Below, in pieces: positions 1 to 8,772 of a stretch of 24,740 nt of DNA (the stretch's first letter is position 1; every line of letters begins with the position of its first letter). Below the pieces are notes generated by a model. It did no database searches. It was not told the origin of the DNA and saw nothing but the letters and a program-made list of their open reading frames with translations. Source of the stretch: a virus (taxonomy: Duplodnaviria > Heunggongvirae > Uroviricota > Caudoviricetes); IMG/VR virus record IMGVR_UViG_648276671_000014. One strand, 5' to 3'. The translations under genes were made by a program, and so were the position numbers.

Positions 1-1056
1 TTATTGCGGGGTAATGCCAACCGCTGCCGCCACTTTGTCGCCATTTGGTAACGTTGCCAGTGGATTGAAACGGAGCGCCGTTTCCAAATGATCCGGTGCC
101 AGATGCGCATAACGCATAGTCATTTTTATATCGTGGTGTCCGAGAATTTTTTGTAAGGCCAAGATGTTTCCACCCGACATCATGAAGTGCGCCGCAAACG
201 TATGGCGCAGAACGTGTGTCAGTTGACCGCGAGGGAGAACGATAGACGTTTTTTCCATCACGGATAAAAATTGAAAATAGCAGTCTGTGAAGAAATTGAA
301 CCCATCGAGCGCCATGATCTCTTCATAAAGCTCTTTACTGATAGGGATGCTTCTGTTTTTCTTCCCCTTCGTTCTCACAAAGGTGATTCGGTACTTGGTG
401 ACCTGTGAGCGGGTAAGATTGATTGCTTCTCGCCAACGTGCGCCTGTACTTAGACATATTTTTACCACCAGTGCCAGAATTGGGTTCTGACGTTTGCAGT
501 CAGACAGTAATTCGATAATCTGCTCATGTGTAAGCCATGCCATTTCCTTTTCTGCGATAGTGAATTTGCGCATCTTCTCTAATGGGTTTGGAAGTGTCCA
601 TTCACCCAGGCGGGAAAGTTCTCTGAAAACGCTGCTTAGATGGCTTTGCTCCAGGTTAACAGTAACTGGGCTTGCTCCTTTCTTCCATTTTTCACTGAAG
701 TAGATTTCACCAGTAAGGCGTTTATCGCGATAGTGAGCAAACATTTTTGAGGTGAGATCAGTTGCAAGGGGATTTCCCAAGGCGTCAACCATCAACAGCA
801 GCTTGTTGTAGACATGCTGTCCGGCAGTAAGAGATTTGCCATGTAATTTGAACCATAGCTCAACCATATCTTTCAGTGTCCGACGATCCACTGATTCGCC
901 CAGCCAGGGCTTTGCTTCTATTTCCCCCATGGTGTATCGCTCGAAGGCCAGTGCTTCGCCTTTGGTGGCGAATTGTTTACGCACACGACGCCCATTACGT
1001 CCGGCGGGGTAACATTCGCAAAGCCATTTCCCTGTGGTGAGTTTTCGTACTGCCAT
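1..1056 (-). CDS. int: Tyrosine integrase, P2/186 family (351 aa from the internal ATG; the ORF track's 403-aa form has an unlikely N-terminal extension)
   Basis: N-terminus MAVRKLTTGKW...GRNGRRVRKQF and C-terminus with HxxR ... RYAHL fit the remembered P2 Int pattern; stop codon at 1-3; ATG at 1056 placed by offset in the ORF translation. Confidence 0.9.
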   Translation of the reverse strand: MAVRKLTTGKWLCECYPAGRNGRRVRKQFATKGEALAFERYTMGEIEAKPWLGESVDRRTLKDMVELWFKLHGKSLTAGQHVYNKLLLMVDALGNPLATDLTSKMFAHYRDKRLTGEIYFSEKWKKGASPVTVNLEQSHLSSVFRELSRLGEWTLPNPLEKMRKFTIAEKEMAWLTHEQIIELLSDCKRQNPILALVVKICLSTGARWREAINLTRSQVTKYRITFVRTKGKKNRSIPISKELYEEIMALDGFNFFTDCYFQFLSVMEKTSIVLPRGQLTHVLRHTFAAHFMMSGGNILALQKILGHHDIKMTMRYAHLAPDHLETALRFNPLATLPNGDKVAAAVGITPQ

Positions 1057-1244
1057 AAAAAATGCCCTCCAGTAGAGAGCATTTTCACTGTATGTATAAC
1101 CAGTGTCAATGTATGAAATCCTACGACCATACATCTCACTGAAGCCATAATTAAGTTGGCTATTCTTTTTGCTATGTGAGCATGTAATTTTTGCGGTTAA
1201 CCTGCGGCTCATTTTTATTTTAGGCGCAGATATAAAAGCAAAAG

Positions 1245-1436
1245 TTATCGTGAGTTTTTAGTACAGATTTTTTTGGATTTACTAATAGTTCCATCATTGC
1301 AAACGAATTTGCCATCTGAGGTACAGTGAGAAACACCTCCCTTTTTCCCTGAACAGGGATAATTTCTAGCATGGGTAGTTAGTGGGTTTAATAATAAAGA
1401 ACATGACAAAACCACAAAAAATACCTTACCAAGCAT
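1245..1436 (-). CDS. Small secreted cysteine-rich protein of unknown function (63 aa)
   Basis: ATG at 1436 preceded by a GGGAGG Shine-Dalgarno; hydrophobic signal-peptide-like N-terminus ([23 protein letters not shown]) then a short Cys-rich mature part; sits between int and cI. Confidence 0.45.
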   Translation of the reverse strand: MLGKVFFVVLSCSLLLNPLTTHARNYPCSGKKGGVSHCTSDGKFVCNDGTISKSKKICTKNSR

Positions 1437-1451
1437 AGTTTCCTCCCGGTA

Positions 1452-2021
1452 CTATTTAACATACTTGACTGTTAAACTTATAATTTTACCAATTATTTCA
1501 ATGTCTTCTATCTTGCATTCGAAGGCTCTGTTTCCACCCTCGACGAAGATTCTTCCACCGGGTAAACGAGTAATGTCACGGATCGTTATTTCGCCATCAA
1601 TACTTATTACCCATTTACCATCACGTATATCATCAAATTCCTTATCACAAATAAATTCAAAATTATTATCTGTGATTACAAAAAGATTCTTGAATGCCGA
1701 CGGTAGAAATTCCCTATCGAAAATATAAAAACCGTCTTCACACAAGGCCCCATCAGATAATACATATTTAGCAACTTCCATAGTATTTGTATTACCTGAA
1801 GTTTGCTTTGAACCATGCCCGGTTGTGAGCCAATTAAGCGAGGTGCCCGTTTCAAGGGCGCACTGGATTACCCATTCTGCGGGGAATGAGTCACGCATGT
1901 AGCGTGTGGCGAGTGTACTTTTAGAGATTCCTAAATGATCGCACAACGCCTGTCGAGTCTTGAATCCATAAGCTTCTACCATGCGCTCTATAGCGCCTCG
2001 TCCGCCTTTCTCCAAATTCAT
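1452..2021 (-). CDS. cI: 186-type CI immunity repressor (189 aa from the ATG at 2021; ORF track starts at a GTG at 2027)
   Basis: Length about 190 aa and motifs AYGF..., CALETG..LNWL, ISIDGEITIRDITRLPG match remembered 186 CI. GGAG Shine-Dalgarno 5 nt upstream of the ATG at 2021; the GTG at 2027 overlaps that Shine-Dalgarno. Confidence 0.85.
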   Translation of the reverse strand: MNLEKGGRGAIERMVEAYGFKTRQALCDHLGISKSTLATRYMRDSFPAEWVIQCALETGTSLNWLTTGHGSKQTSGNTNTMEVAKYVLSDGALCEDGFYIFDREFLPSAFKNLFVITDNNFEFICDKEFDDIRDGKWVISIDGEITIRDITRLPGGRIFVEGGNRAFECKIEDIEIIGKIISLTVKYVK

Positions 2022-2045
2022 GGTCACTCCAAGTGAACTTTTGTC

Positions 2046-2074
2046 TTGACGATTTCACCGTGCGATCGTATGTT
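2046..2074 (+). promoter_or_regulatory. Putative rightward lytic promoter pR (-35 TTGACG, 17-nt spacer, -10 TATGTT)
   Basis: Sigma70-like hexamers read directly in the cI/apl intergenic region; position fits a 186-type switch. Confidence 0.45.
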
Positions 2075-2089
2075 TGTGGTGTTCACAAA
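2073..2089. promoter_or_regulatory. Operator-like inverted repeat TTTGTG-N5-CACAAA just downstream of the pR -10
   Basis: Perfect 6-bp arms with flanking imperfect symmetry (GATCG..CGATC); plausible CI operator. Confidence 0.35.
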
Positions 2090-2146
2090 ATACAAACGAT
2101 CCGTATTCGTCCTGATTAATCATCATTAAACGAGGAATGTTGCATC

Positions 2147-2368
2147 ATGAGACCTAACATTTCAATCACTCTTACCACGCCTCATGTGACTATTGAACGC
2201 TATAGCGAGCTGACAGGGCTGTCCATCGATACTATCAATGACATGTTGGCTGATGGACGCCTTATCCGTCACCGTTTGCGCAAAGATAAAAAACGCGAAA
2301 AAGTGATGATCAACATAGCAGCCATGACCGTTGATGCGCTTTCAGAATGCAATCTAAACCTTAATTAG
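2147..2368 (+). CDS. apl: Apl/Cox-like excisionase and switch regulator (73 aa)
   Basis: First gene rightward from the switch; small protein with an HTH-like segment ([21 protein letters not shown]); GAGGA Shine-Dalgarno upstream. Confidence 0.7.
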   Translation: MRPNISITLTTPHVTIERYSELTGLSIDTINDMLADGRLIRHRLRKDKKREKVMINIAAMTVDALSECNLNLN

Positions 2369-2400
2369 TTCGATTCTGAAATACATCAGAGGCATTGACC

Positions 2401-2910
2401 ATGTTTGATTACCAAGTTTCCAAACATCCACATTTTGATGAAGCCTGTCGTGCATTCGCATTGCGCCACAACTTGGTGCAACTGGCAGAACGTGCAGGCA
2501 TGAATGTGCAGATTCTGCGGAACAAGCTGAACCCAGCGCAACCTCATTTATTAACCGCACCAGATATCTGGCTGCTTACTGATCTGACAGAAGACTCAAC
2601 ACTGGTAGATGGTTTTCTGGCACAGATTCATTGTCTGCCATGTGTACCGATTAATGAGGTGGCAAAAGAGAAACTGCCGCATTACGTCATGAGTGCAACC
2701 GCAGAGATCGGGCGTGTTGCTGCAGGTGCGGTATCTGGCGATGTAAAAACCAGTGCAGGTCGTCGTGATGCTATCAGCAGCATTAACTCTGTAACACGAC
2801 TGATGGCGTTGGCTGCTGTTTCATTGCAGGCCCGTTTACAGGCTAACCCTGCGATGGCGAGTGCAGTTGATACCGTGACTGGCCTAGGTGCTTCATTCGG
2901 TTTGCTGTGA
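2401..2910 (+). CDS. cII: CII-like lysogeny establishment activator (169 aa)
   Basis: [20 protein letters not shown]... with the [22 protein letters not shown] and ...GASFGL segments; 169 aa matches remembered 186 CII; Shine-Dalgarno CAGAGG 8 nt before the ATG at 2401. Confidence 0.85.
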   Translation: MFDYQVSKHPHFDEACRAFALRHNLVQLAERAGMNVQILRNKLNPAQPHLLTAPDIWLLTDLTEDSTLVDGFLAQIHCLPCVPINEVAKEKLPHYVMSATAEIGRVAAGAVSGDVKTSAGRRDAISSINSVTRLMALAAVSLQARLQANPAMASAVDTVTGLGASFGLL

Positions 2911-2917
2911 GGTGCTT

Positions 2918-3214
2918 ATGCTGACGAAAGAACCATCATTTGCATCGCTGCTGGTAAAGCAAAGCCCGGCAATGCACTACGGTCACGGCTGGATCATGGG
3001 TGAGGATGGAAAACGCTGGCATCCATGTCATTCACAAGATGAATTGCTGTCTGAATTGACCACGAGGAAACGGAGAAAGTCAAAATGTATGCAGCGGAAA
3101 GTGAAGTGGTTTATCAGTTTTGTTACAGAGGGGAGAGTTATTCAGTACCTGAAGATGATTTGCTCTGTTGCTATCCGTCGTTGTCGGGCGATGGCAGTTA
3201 CTTTTTCACGCTAA
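2918..3214 (+). CDS. Hypothetical early protein (98 aa; possibly a Fil-like product, true C-terminus uncertain)
   Basis: GAGG Shine-Dalgarno 5 nt before the ATG at 2918; N-terminal half looks protein-like, C-terminal 40 aa is Cys/Arg-rich and overlaps the next ORF. Confidence 0.4.
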   Translation: MLTKEPSFASLLVKQSPAMHYGHGWIMGEDGKRWHPCHSQDELLSELTTRKRRKSKCMQRKVKWFISFVTEGRVIQYLKMICSVAIRRCRAMAVTFSR

Positions 3215-3309
3215 AGGATGGGACGTTTTTACGGGGAGAGCAGGTTAAAGAGACGGTACGAAAAAATGTATCTCCCCTTGAGCGTTACCGTAAGAACAAA
3301 GAACGATAG
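3085..3309 (+). CDS. Hypothetical early protein (74 aa)
   Basis: ATG with GGAG 9 nt upstream; balanced composition; overlaps the previous ORF by 130 nt in another frame. Confidence 0.5.
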   Translation: MYAAESEVVYQFCYRGESYSVPEDDLLCCYPSLSGDGSYFFTLKDGTFLRGEQVKETVRKNVSPLERYRKNKER

Positions 3310-3331
3310 GTGCGTTTGGGGGATATGAAGT

Positions 3332-3673
3332 ATGGCAATTAATGGCGCTGCGGCGACTGTTCCATTAAGCCCCGGTGAACGCCTGAATGGACTTAATCAC
3401 ATTGCGGAATTAAGGGCGAAAGTATTTGGCCTGAATATTGAGTCAGAGCTTGAGCGGTTTATTAAAGATATGCGTGATCCACGGGATATCAATAACGAAC
3501 AAAATAAACGGGCACTGGCTGCTATATTCTTTATGGCAAAAATTCCAGCTGAACGTCATAGCATCAGCATTAATGAGCTGACCACTGACGAAAAGCGGGA
3601 GTTGATTAAAGCAATGAATCATTTTCGTGCAGTGGTGAGCTTATTTCCCAGACGGCTAACCATGCCGAATTAA
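3332..3673 (+). CDS. Hypothetical early protein (113 aa)
   Basis: ORF with ATG start in the early operon; no recognisable motif. Confidence 0.6.
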   Translation: MAINGAAATVPLSPGERLNGLNHIAELRAKVFGLNIESELERFIKDMRDPRDINNEQNKRALAAIFFMAKIPAERHSISINELTTDEKRELIKAMNHFRAVVSLFPRRLTMPN

Positions 3674-3740
3674 CCAACTAATGAAATTAATGGCGTAAAC
3701 CCGCCGGGTATCCCTTTATCTAAATTCAGGAGAATTGATT

Positions 3741-3974
3741 ATGCGTAATATTGAAACTCTCACGACTAAAACCGGACCGGATGATGCAGGGCTTAATATT
3801 TTACTGACAGAGGCTCGTCTGGAAGAACGCCGGGCAAGGGCTGAAGCAATGGCAGCTCGCCTTGATAGCCTGGCGTGTCATATCACATCCCGCCAGCTAA
3901 ACCACGTCGAAGCAGCAGAACTACTGCGTGTAACTGCTGAAGCAATCCAGAACGAAGCGCAGGAGATCCACTAA
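3741..3974 (+). CDS. Hypothetical early protein (77 aa from ATG 3741)
   Basis: CAGGAG Shine-Dalgarno 8 nt before ATG 3741; its stop overlaps the next start (TAATG). Confidence 0.6.
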   Translation: MRNIETLTTKTGPDDAGLNILLTEARLEERRARAEAMAARLDSLACHITSRQLNHVEAAELLRVTAEAIQNEAQEIH

Positions 3975-4201
3975 TGGCTGATGCAATGGATCTCGTACAG
4001 CAGCGAGTTGAAGAAGAACGCCAACGTCATATCCGTGCTGCCCGTGCCAAAACACCGGGCGTGTCCCGCGTGCTTTGCGTTGAGTGTGAAGCGCCAATTC
4101 CGCCAGCACGCCGTCGTGCCATTCCGGGTGTGCAGCTTTGCATTACCTGTCAGGAAATCGCAGAGCTGAAAGGCAAACATTACAACGGAGGTGCTGTATG
4201 A
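3974..4201 (+). CDS. TraR/DksA-family C4 zinc-finger protein (75 aa)
   Basis: CVEC...(16 aa)...CITC pattern near the C-terminus; translationally coupled on both sides. Confidence 0.75.
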   Translation: MADAMDLVQQRVEEERQRHIRAARAKTPGVSRVLCVECEAPIPPARRRAIPGVQLCITCQEIAELKGKHYNGGAV

Positions 4202-5055
4202 GCACCATCCTGAAATGGGCGGGAAATAAAACCGCCATTATGTCCGAACTGAAAAAACACCTTCCTGCTGGCCCGCGACTGGTTGAACCTTTCGCGGGTT
4301 CCTGTGCTGTGATGATGGCGACGGATTACCCCAGCTATCTGGTTGCTGATATTAATCCTGATTTAATCAACCTCTATAAAAAGATTGCCGCTGATTGCGA
4401 AGCGTTTATATCTCGTGCCAGAGCTTTATTTGAGGAAGCAAACAGGGAGGTGGCTTATTACAACATAAGGCAGGAGTTTAACTGCTCAACTGAAATTACT
4501 GACTTCATGAAAGCAGTATATTTCCTGTATCTCAATCGTCACGGTTACCGTGGGTTATGTCGCTATAACAAGAGCGGGCATTTCAACATTCCCTACGGTA
4601 ATTATAAAAATCCGTATTTCCCTGAAAAAGAAATTCGCGCATTTGCAGAGAAAGCCCAGCGAGCAACGTTTATCTGCGCCAGCTTTGATGAAACGCTGGC
4701 GATGCTGCAGGTGGGGGATGTGGTGTATTGCGATCCGCCTTATGACGGTACGTTTTCCGGCTATCACACTGACGGCTTCACTGAAGATGACCAGTATCAC
4801 CTGGCATCTGTTCTTGAATATCGATCATCAGAAGGTCATCCAGTCATTGTTTCTAACAGTGACACATCCCTGATCCGTTCGCTGTATCGAAATTTCACTC
4901 ACCACTACATCAAGGCAAAACGCAGCATCGGCGTGTCGGCTGGCGAGAGTAAATCTGCAACAGAAATCATTGCTGTTTCCGGGGCGCGCTGCTGGGTGGG
5001 ATTTGATCCTTCGTGTGGCGTGGATAGTTCTGCTGTGTACGAGGTGCGTATATGA
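4198..5055 (+). CDS. dam: Dam-like N6-adenine DNA methyltransferase (285 aa)
   Basis: N-terminal LKWAGNK...EPFAGS (AdoMet-binding) and catalytic DPPY motif; [14 protein letters not shown] segment resembles E. coli Dam; GGAG Shine-Dalgarno, start overlaps the upstream stop (ATGA). Confidence 0.85.
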   Translation: MSTILKWAGNKTAIMSELKKHLPAGPRLVEPFAGSCAVMMATDYPSYLVADINPDLINLYKKIAADCEAFISRARALFEEANREVAYYNIRQEFNCSTEITDFMKAVYFLYLNRHGYRGLCRYNKSGHFNIPYGNYKNPYFPEKEIRAFAEKAQRATFICASFDETLAMLQVGDVVYCDPPYDGTFSGYHTDGFTEDDQYHLASVLEYRSSEGHPVIVSNSDTSLIRSLYRNFTHHYIKAKRSIGVSAGESKSATEIIAVSGARCWVGFDPSCGVDSSAVYEVRI

Positions 5056-7466
5056 GTCATGACGATATGAGCAACTCTAGCGGCTTTAACGAGGCCGCTG
5101 CAGCATTTTCATGGAACGGCCCGAAAAAGGCCATTAACCCTTATCTGGACCCGGCGGAAGTTGCGCCGGAGTCTGCACTTTCAAACCTGATCACTCTGTA
5201 CGCTGCCGATAATGAGCAGGAACAGCTGCGCCGCGATGCACTGAGTGAGCAGGTCTGGGAGCGTTATTTCTTTAATGAATCTCGTGATCCTGTCCAGCGC
5301 GAAATGGAGCAGGATAAGCTCATTAGCCGGGCAAAGCTGGCGCATGAACAGCAGCGTTTTAACCCGGACATGGTCATTCTGGCGGACGTCAGCGCCCAGC
5401 CCACCCATATTAGCAAGCCGCTGATGCAACGTATCGAATACTTCAGCAGCCTGGGCAGGCCAAAGGCTTATTCCCGCTATTTGCGTGAGACGATTAAGCC
5501 ATGTCTGGAGCGACTGGATTGTGTACGTGACAGTCAGCTGTCTGCTTCTTTCCGTTTTATGGCAAGCCATCAAGGGCTGGAGGGCCTGCTGATCCTGCCT
5601 GAAATGAGTCAGGATCAGGTGAAACGCCTGTCCACCCTGGTAGCTGCGCATATGAGCATGTGCCTTGATGCAGCTTGTGGCGATTTGTATGCCACCGATG
5701 ACGTTAAGCCAGAAGAAATCCGCAAGACATGGGAAAAGGTGGCGGCGGAAACCCTGCGTCTGGATGTCATCCCACCTGCGTTTGAGCAACTCCGTCGGAA
5801 AAGAAACCGCCGTAAACCCGTGCCCTATGAACTCATTCCGGGTTCGCTGGCGCGTATGTTGTGCGCCGACTGGTGGTATCGGAAATTATGGAAGATGCGT
5901 TGCGAATGGCGGGAAGAGCAGTTGCGTGCTGTCTGCCTGGTCAGCAAAAAAGCATCTCCCTATGTCAGCTATGAAGCCGTGATGCATAAACGTGAGCAGC
6001 GCCGTAAGTCGCTGGAGTTTTTCCGTTCTCATGAACTGGTGAACGAAGACGGCGACACGCTGGACATGGAGGATGTGGTAAACGCCAGCAGCAGCAACCC
6101 TGCGCATCGCCGCAATGAGATGATGGCCTGTGTTAAAGGTCTGGAGCTTATCGCGGAAATGCGCGGTGACTGCGCCGTTTTCTACACTATCACCTGTCCG
6201 TCACGTTTCCATTCCACGCTCAACAACGGCAGACCCAACCCAACCTGGACAAATGCGACGGTAAGACAAAGCAGCGATTATCTGGTCGGCATGTTTGCTG
6301 CATTTCGTAAGGCAATGCACAAAACCGGGTTGCGCTGGTATGGCGTACGGGTGGCTGAGCCGCACCATGACGGTACTGTGCACTGGCATCTCATGTGCTT
6401 CATGCGTAAAAAAGACCGCCGCGCCATCACTGCATTACTGCGTAAGTTTGCCATCCGTGTAGACCGCGAGGAGCTGGGCAACAATACGGGGCCACGCTTT
6501 AAGTCTGAGCTGATTAACCCGCGCAAAGGAACACCGACAAGCTACATCGCGAAATACATCAGTAAGAACATTGACGGGCGTGGTCTGGCTGGCGAGATCA
6601 GCAAGGAAACGGGTAAATCCCTGCGTGATAACGCCGAATACGTCAATGCCTGGGCGTCTCTGCATCGTGTTCAGCAGTTCCGCTTCTTTGGTATTCCGGG
6701 ACGTCAGGCTTACCGTGAACTTCGCTTGCTGGCTGGTCAGGCGGCAAGGCAACAGGGTGACAAAAAAGCAGGTGCGCCGATACTGGATGACCCGCGCCTT
6801 GATGCCATCCTGGCTGCTGCTGATGCTGGTTGTTTTGCCACCTACATCATGAAGCAGGGCGGCGTACTGGTTCCCCGTAAATATCACCTTATCAGAACCG
6901 CTTATGAAATCAACGAAGAGCCGACCGCCTATGGCGATCACGGCATTCGTATTTATGGCATCTGGTCACCCATTGCAGAGGGCAAGATCTGCACTCATGC
7001 AGTGAAGTGGAAAATGGTTCGTAAGGCCGTTGACGTTCAGGAGGCGGTAGCCGACCAGGGCGCTTGCGCCCCTTGGACTCGTGGCAATAACTGTCCCCTT
7101 GCTGAAAATTTGAACCAACAAGGGAAAGACAAATCAGCTGATGGGGATACCAGGACGGACATTACCCGCATGGATGACAAGGAGTTGCACGATTACCTGC
7201 ACAGTATGAGCAAAAAAGAGCGCCGGGAACTGGCTGCAAGGTTACGCCTGGTGAAACCGAAACGGCGTAAAGACTACAAACAGCGAATTACAGACCATCA
7301 GCGACAGCGGCTCGTCTATGAACTGAAGTCCAGAGGATTTGATGGCAGCGAGAAAGAGGTCGATTTACTCCTTCGCGGCGGCAGTATTCCGTCAGGAGCA
7401 GGCCTGCGTATCTTCTATCGGAACCAGCGTTTGCAGGAAGATGATAAGTGGCGAAACCTGTATTAA
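5052..7466 (+). CDS. A: Replication initiation endonuclease, gpA/RepA type (804 aa)
   Basis: Large early ORF in the expected position and size, with the tyrosine-containing [12 protein letters not shown] segment remembered from P2 A family proteins; start overlaps the dam stop. Confidence 0.9.
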   Translation: MSHDDMSNSSGFNEAAAAFSWNGPKKAINPYLDPAEVAPESALSNLITLYAADNEQEQLRRDALSEQVWERYFFNESRDPVQREMEQDKLISRAKLAHEQQRFNPDMVILADVSAQPTHISKPLMQRIEYFSSLGRPKAYSRYLRETIKPCLERLDCVRDSQLSASFRFMASHQGLEGLLILPEMSQDQVKRLSTLVAAHMSMCLDAACGDLYATDDVKPEEIRKTWEKVAAETLRLDVIPPAFEQLRRKRNRRKPVPYELIPGSLARMLCADWWYRKLWKMRCEWREEQLRAVCLVSKKASPYVSYEAVMHKREQRRKSLEFFRSHELVNEDGDTLDMEDVVNASSSNPAHRRNEMMACVKGLELIAEMRGDCAVFYTITCPSRFHSTLNNGRPNPTWTNATVRQSSDYLVGMFAAFRKAMHKTGLRWYGVRVAEPHHDGTVHWHLMCFMRKKDRRAITALLRKFAIRVDREELGNNTGPRFKSELINPRKGTPTSYIAKYISKNIDGRGLAGEISKETGKSLRDNAEYVNAWASLHRVQQFRFFGIPGRQAYRELRLLAGQAARQQGDKKAGAPILDDPRLDAILAAADAGCFATYIMKQGGVLVPRKYHLIRTAYEINEEPTAYGDHGIRIYGIWSPIAEGKICTHAVKWKMVRKAVDVQEAVADQGACAPWTRGNNCPLAENLNQQGKDKSADGDTRTDITRMDDKELHDYLHSMSKKERRELAARLRLVKPKRRKDYKQRITDHQRQRLVYELKSRGFDGSEKEVDLLLRGGSIPSGAGLRIFYRNQRLQEDDKWRNLY

Positions 7467-7534
7467 TTACGCGGGTTAACAATTCGTGCTCTTAATAATA
7501 CCAGGCATATCAGGCTGATGAACGTAAAAAAACG

Positions 7535-7562
7535 TTTTACATCAGTAAGATTATTATATACT
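7535..7562 (+). promoter_or_regulatory. Putative SOS promoter (-35 TTTTAC, -10 TATACT) for the tum/dinI-like operon
   Basis: Hexamers read directly; the -10 overlaps the LexA box. Confidence 0.4.
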
Positions 7563-7576
7563 GTAAATATAAACAG
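7561..7576. promoter_or_regulatory. LexA box (CTGT-N8-ACAG: CTGTAAATATAAACAG)
   Basis: Exact CTGT and ACAG half-sites with an 8-nt AT-rich spacer, 44 bp upstream of the tum-like ATG. Confidence 0.65.
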
Positions 7577-7619
7577 TGGTTATACATACAGTATCGCTTG
7601 TGGTGTCATAGGAGGAAAG

Positions 7620-7808
7620 ATGCAGGACTATTTTTTGGAGTCTTTGAAGCTCCAGCGCATTGATTTTTTTCTTAAGCTTGTAGCGGCTAGTGAGTGTAGT
7701 GATGAAGAGAAGGGGCTGGCTTTGCAGTGGGTTTCTGAACTGACAGATGAACTCATGGCAAAAATCAGAACCCACGAATACAACCGCTCAATGGATGTCA
7801 TCAGCTGA
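7620..7808 (+). CDS. tum: Tum-like antirepressor N-terminal module (62 aa)
   Basis: First ORF after the LexA-controlled promoter, GGAGG Shine-Dalgarno; position matches the 186 tum locus. Confidence 0.5.
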   Translation: MQDYFLESLKLQRIDFFLKLVAASECSDEEKGLALQWVSELTDELMAKIRTHEYNRSMDVIS

Positions 7809-7818
7809 GGTGACTTTT

Positions 7819-8052
7819 ATGCGCATTGAAATAATGATCGATAAAGAGCAGAAGATTAGCCAGTCTACCCTGGACGCCCTTGAATCCGAGCTTTACCGCA
7901 ATCTGCGCCCCCTATATCCAAAAACGGTAATTCGCATCCGCAAAGGTAGCTCTAACGGTGTGGAACTGACTGGACTGCAACTGGACGAAGAAAGGAAGCA
8001 AGTGATGAAAATTATGCAGAAGGTGTGGGAAGACGACAGCTGGCTGCATTAA
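7819..8052 (+). CDS. DinI-family protein (77 aa)
   Basis: MRIEIMIDKEQ...LDALESEL...VWEDDSW parallels remembered E. coli DinI (MRIEVTIAK...IDALAGEL...TWESADDW); GAGGTG Shine-Dalgarno 5 nt upstream. Confidence 0.8.
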   Translation: MRIEIMIDKEQKISQSTLDALESELYRNLRPLYPKTVIRIRKGSSNGVELTGLQLDEERKQVMKIMQKVWEDDSWLH

Positions 8053-8322
8053 GAAACGTTGCTGGCGTCTGAACTTGCTTCTGGCGTCAGCAAGGTTGAA
8101 CAACGAGCTATGCGAGGCGTTAGTGTCAATTTGTTACCTTAACCACTATATATGCCAGGAAATTAACAGTTCTTAAGAAACCGCTTGCATGATCGAGCGC
8201 ATTGAACTTAAGTTTAAGTAACGAAATCAACAGATGATATTGTTGTCTAAATTTTAAAGATAATCTGTTGAGGTTGTAGGCGTCGGAGTGTAGACTTCCG
8301 CGCCATGTGAAAAGGGGGAGTT

Positions 8323-8538
8323 ATGTCAAGCATCGCCGCATTTAGCCTGGGTAACCCAGTTGAACGTCTGGCAAGGGTTCTTAAAGAGAACCAGGACAAA
8401 CTCAATCTTAGTAAAGATGGTTTTGTGTCCGTAGACTTGTCTAACAAAAGAGCAATGGATGCCATCAAGGCACAGATGGATAAGCTTGAAGGCATCAAAA
8501 CGAGCACTGTAAAAGAGAAAACTAATAGAACCAGATAA
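8323..8538 (+). CDS. Hypothetical protein (71 aa), first gene of an AT-rich cargo operon
   Basis: GGGGGAG Shine-Dalgarno before ATG 8323; hydrophilic; stop overlaps the next start (TAATG). Confidence 0.55.
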   Translation: MSSIAAFSLGNPVERLARVLKENQDKLNLSKDGFVSVDLSNKRAMDAIKAQMDKLEGIKTSTVKEKTNRTR

Positions 8539-8738
8539 TGGCAACATTACTTTTAGCAGTGATTTTGGTTAGTGGTTTTATTTATGTAAACCTATCACTT
8601 TCAACAAGATACCGATATAAGCGTTCCAACGGCTGGGACGCTTATTTTTTGTGGCTGCCTGGGGTATCGTTTTTTTCTCCTTGGCGGTTTTTTCACCTTT
8701 ATTTTGAACGTCAGCGGAGGGTTTCGTTGGCTGGCTAA
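8538..8738 (+). CDS. Small membrane ORF (66 aa), probably the N-terminal fragment of a frameshifted multi-pass membrane protein
   Basis: Translationally coupled ATG; hydrophobic helix LLLAVILVSGFIYVNL; reading frame ends just after three poly-T tracts. Confidence 0.4.
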   Translation: MATLLLAVILVSGFIYVNLSLSTRYRYKRSNGWDAYFLWLPGVSFFSPWRFFHLYFERQRRVSLAG

Positions 8739-8772
8739 TGCCTTGAATCTAACACCTGACAGTTTTAATGGC

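Noticed and set aside
1057-1212. 52-codon N-terminal extension of int given by the ORF track
   Set aside because: P2-family integrases begin at the MAV(R/K)KL... motif, and the extension has no family counterpart.
5181-5789. 202-aa ORF on the minus strand inside gene A (and similar ones at 5886-6107, 6435-6941)
   Set aside because: Antisense shadow ORFs inside a well-supported replicase gene; no Shine-Dalgarno and no plausible domain content.
8053-8100. Direct repeats of CTGGCGTC after the dinI-like gene as a terminator
   Set aside because: The repeats are direct rather than inverted and only a weak 6-bp stem is possible, with no T run.
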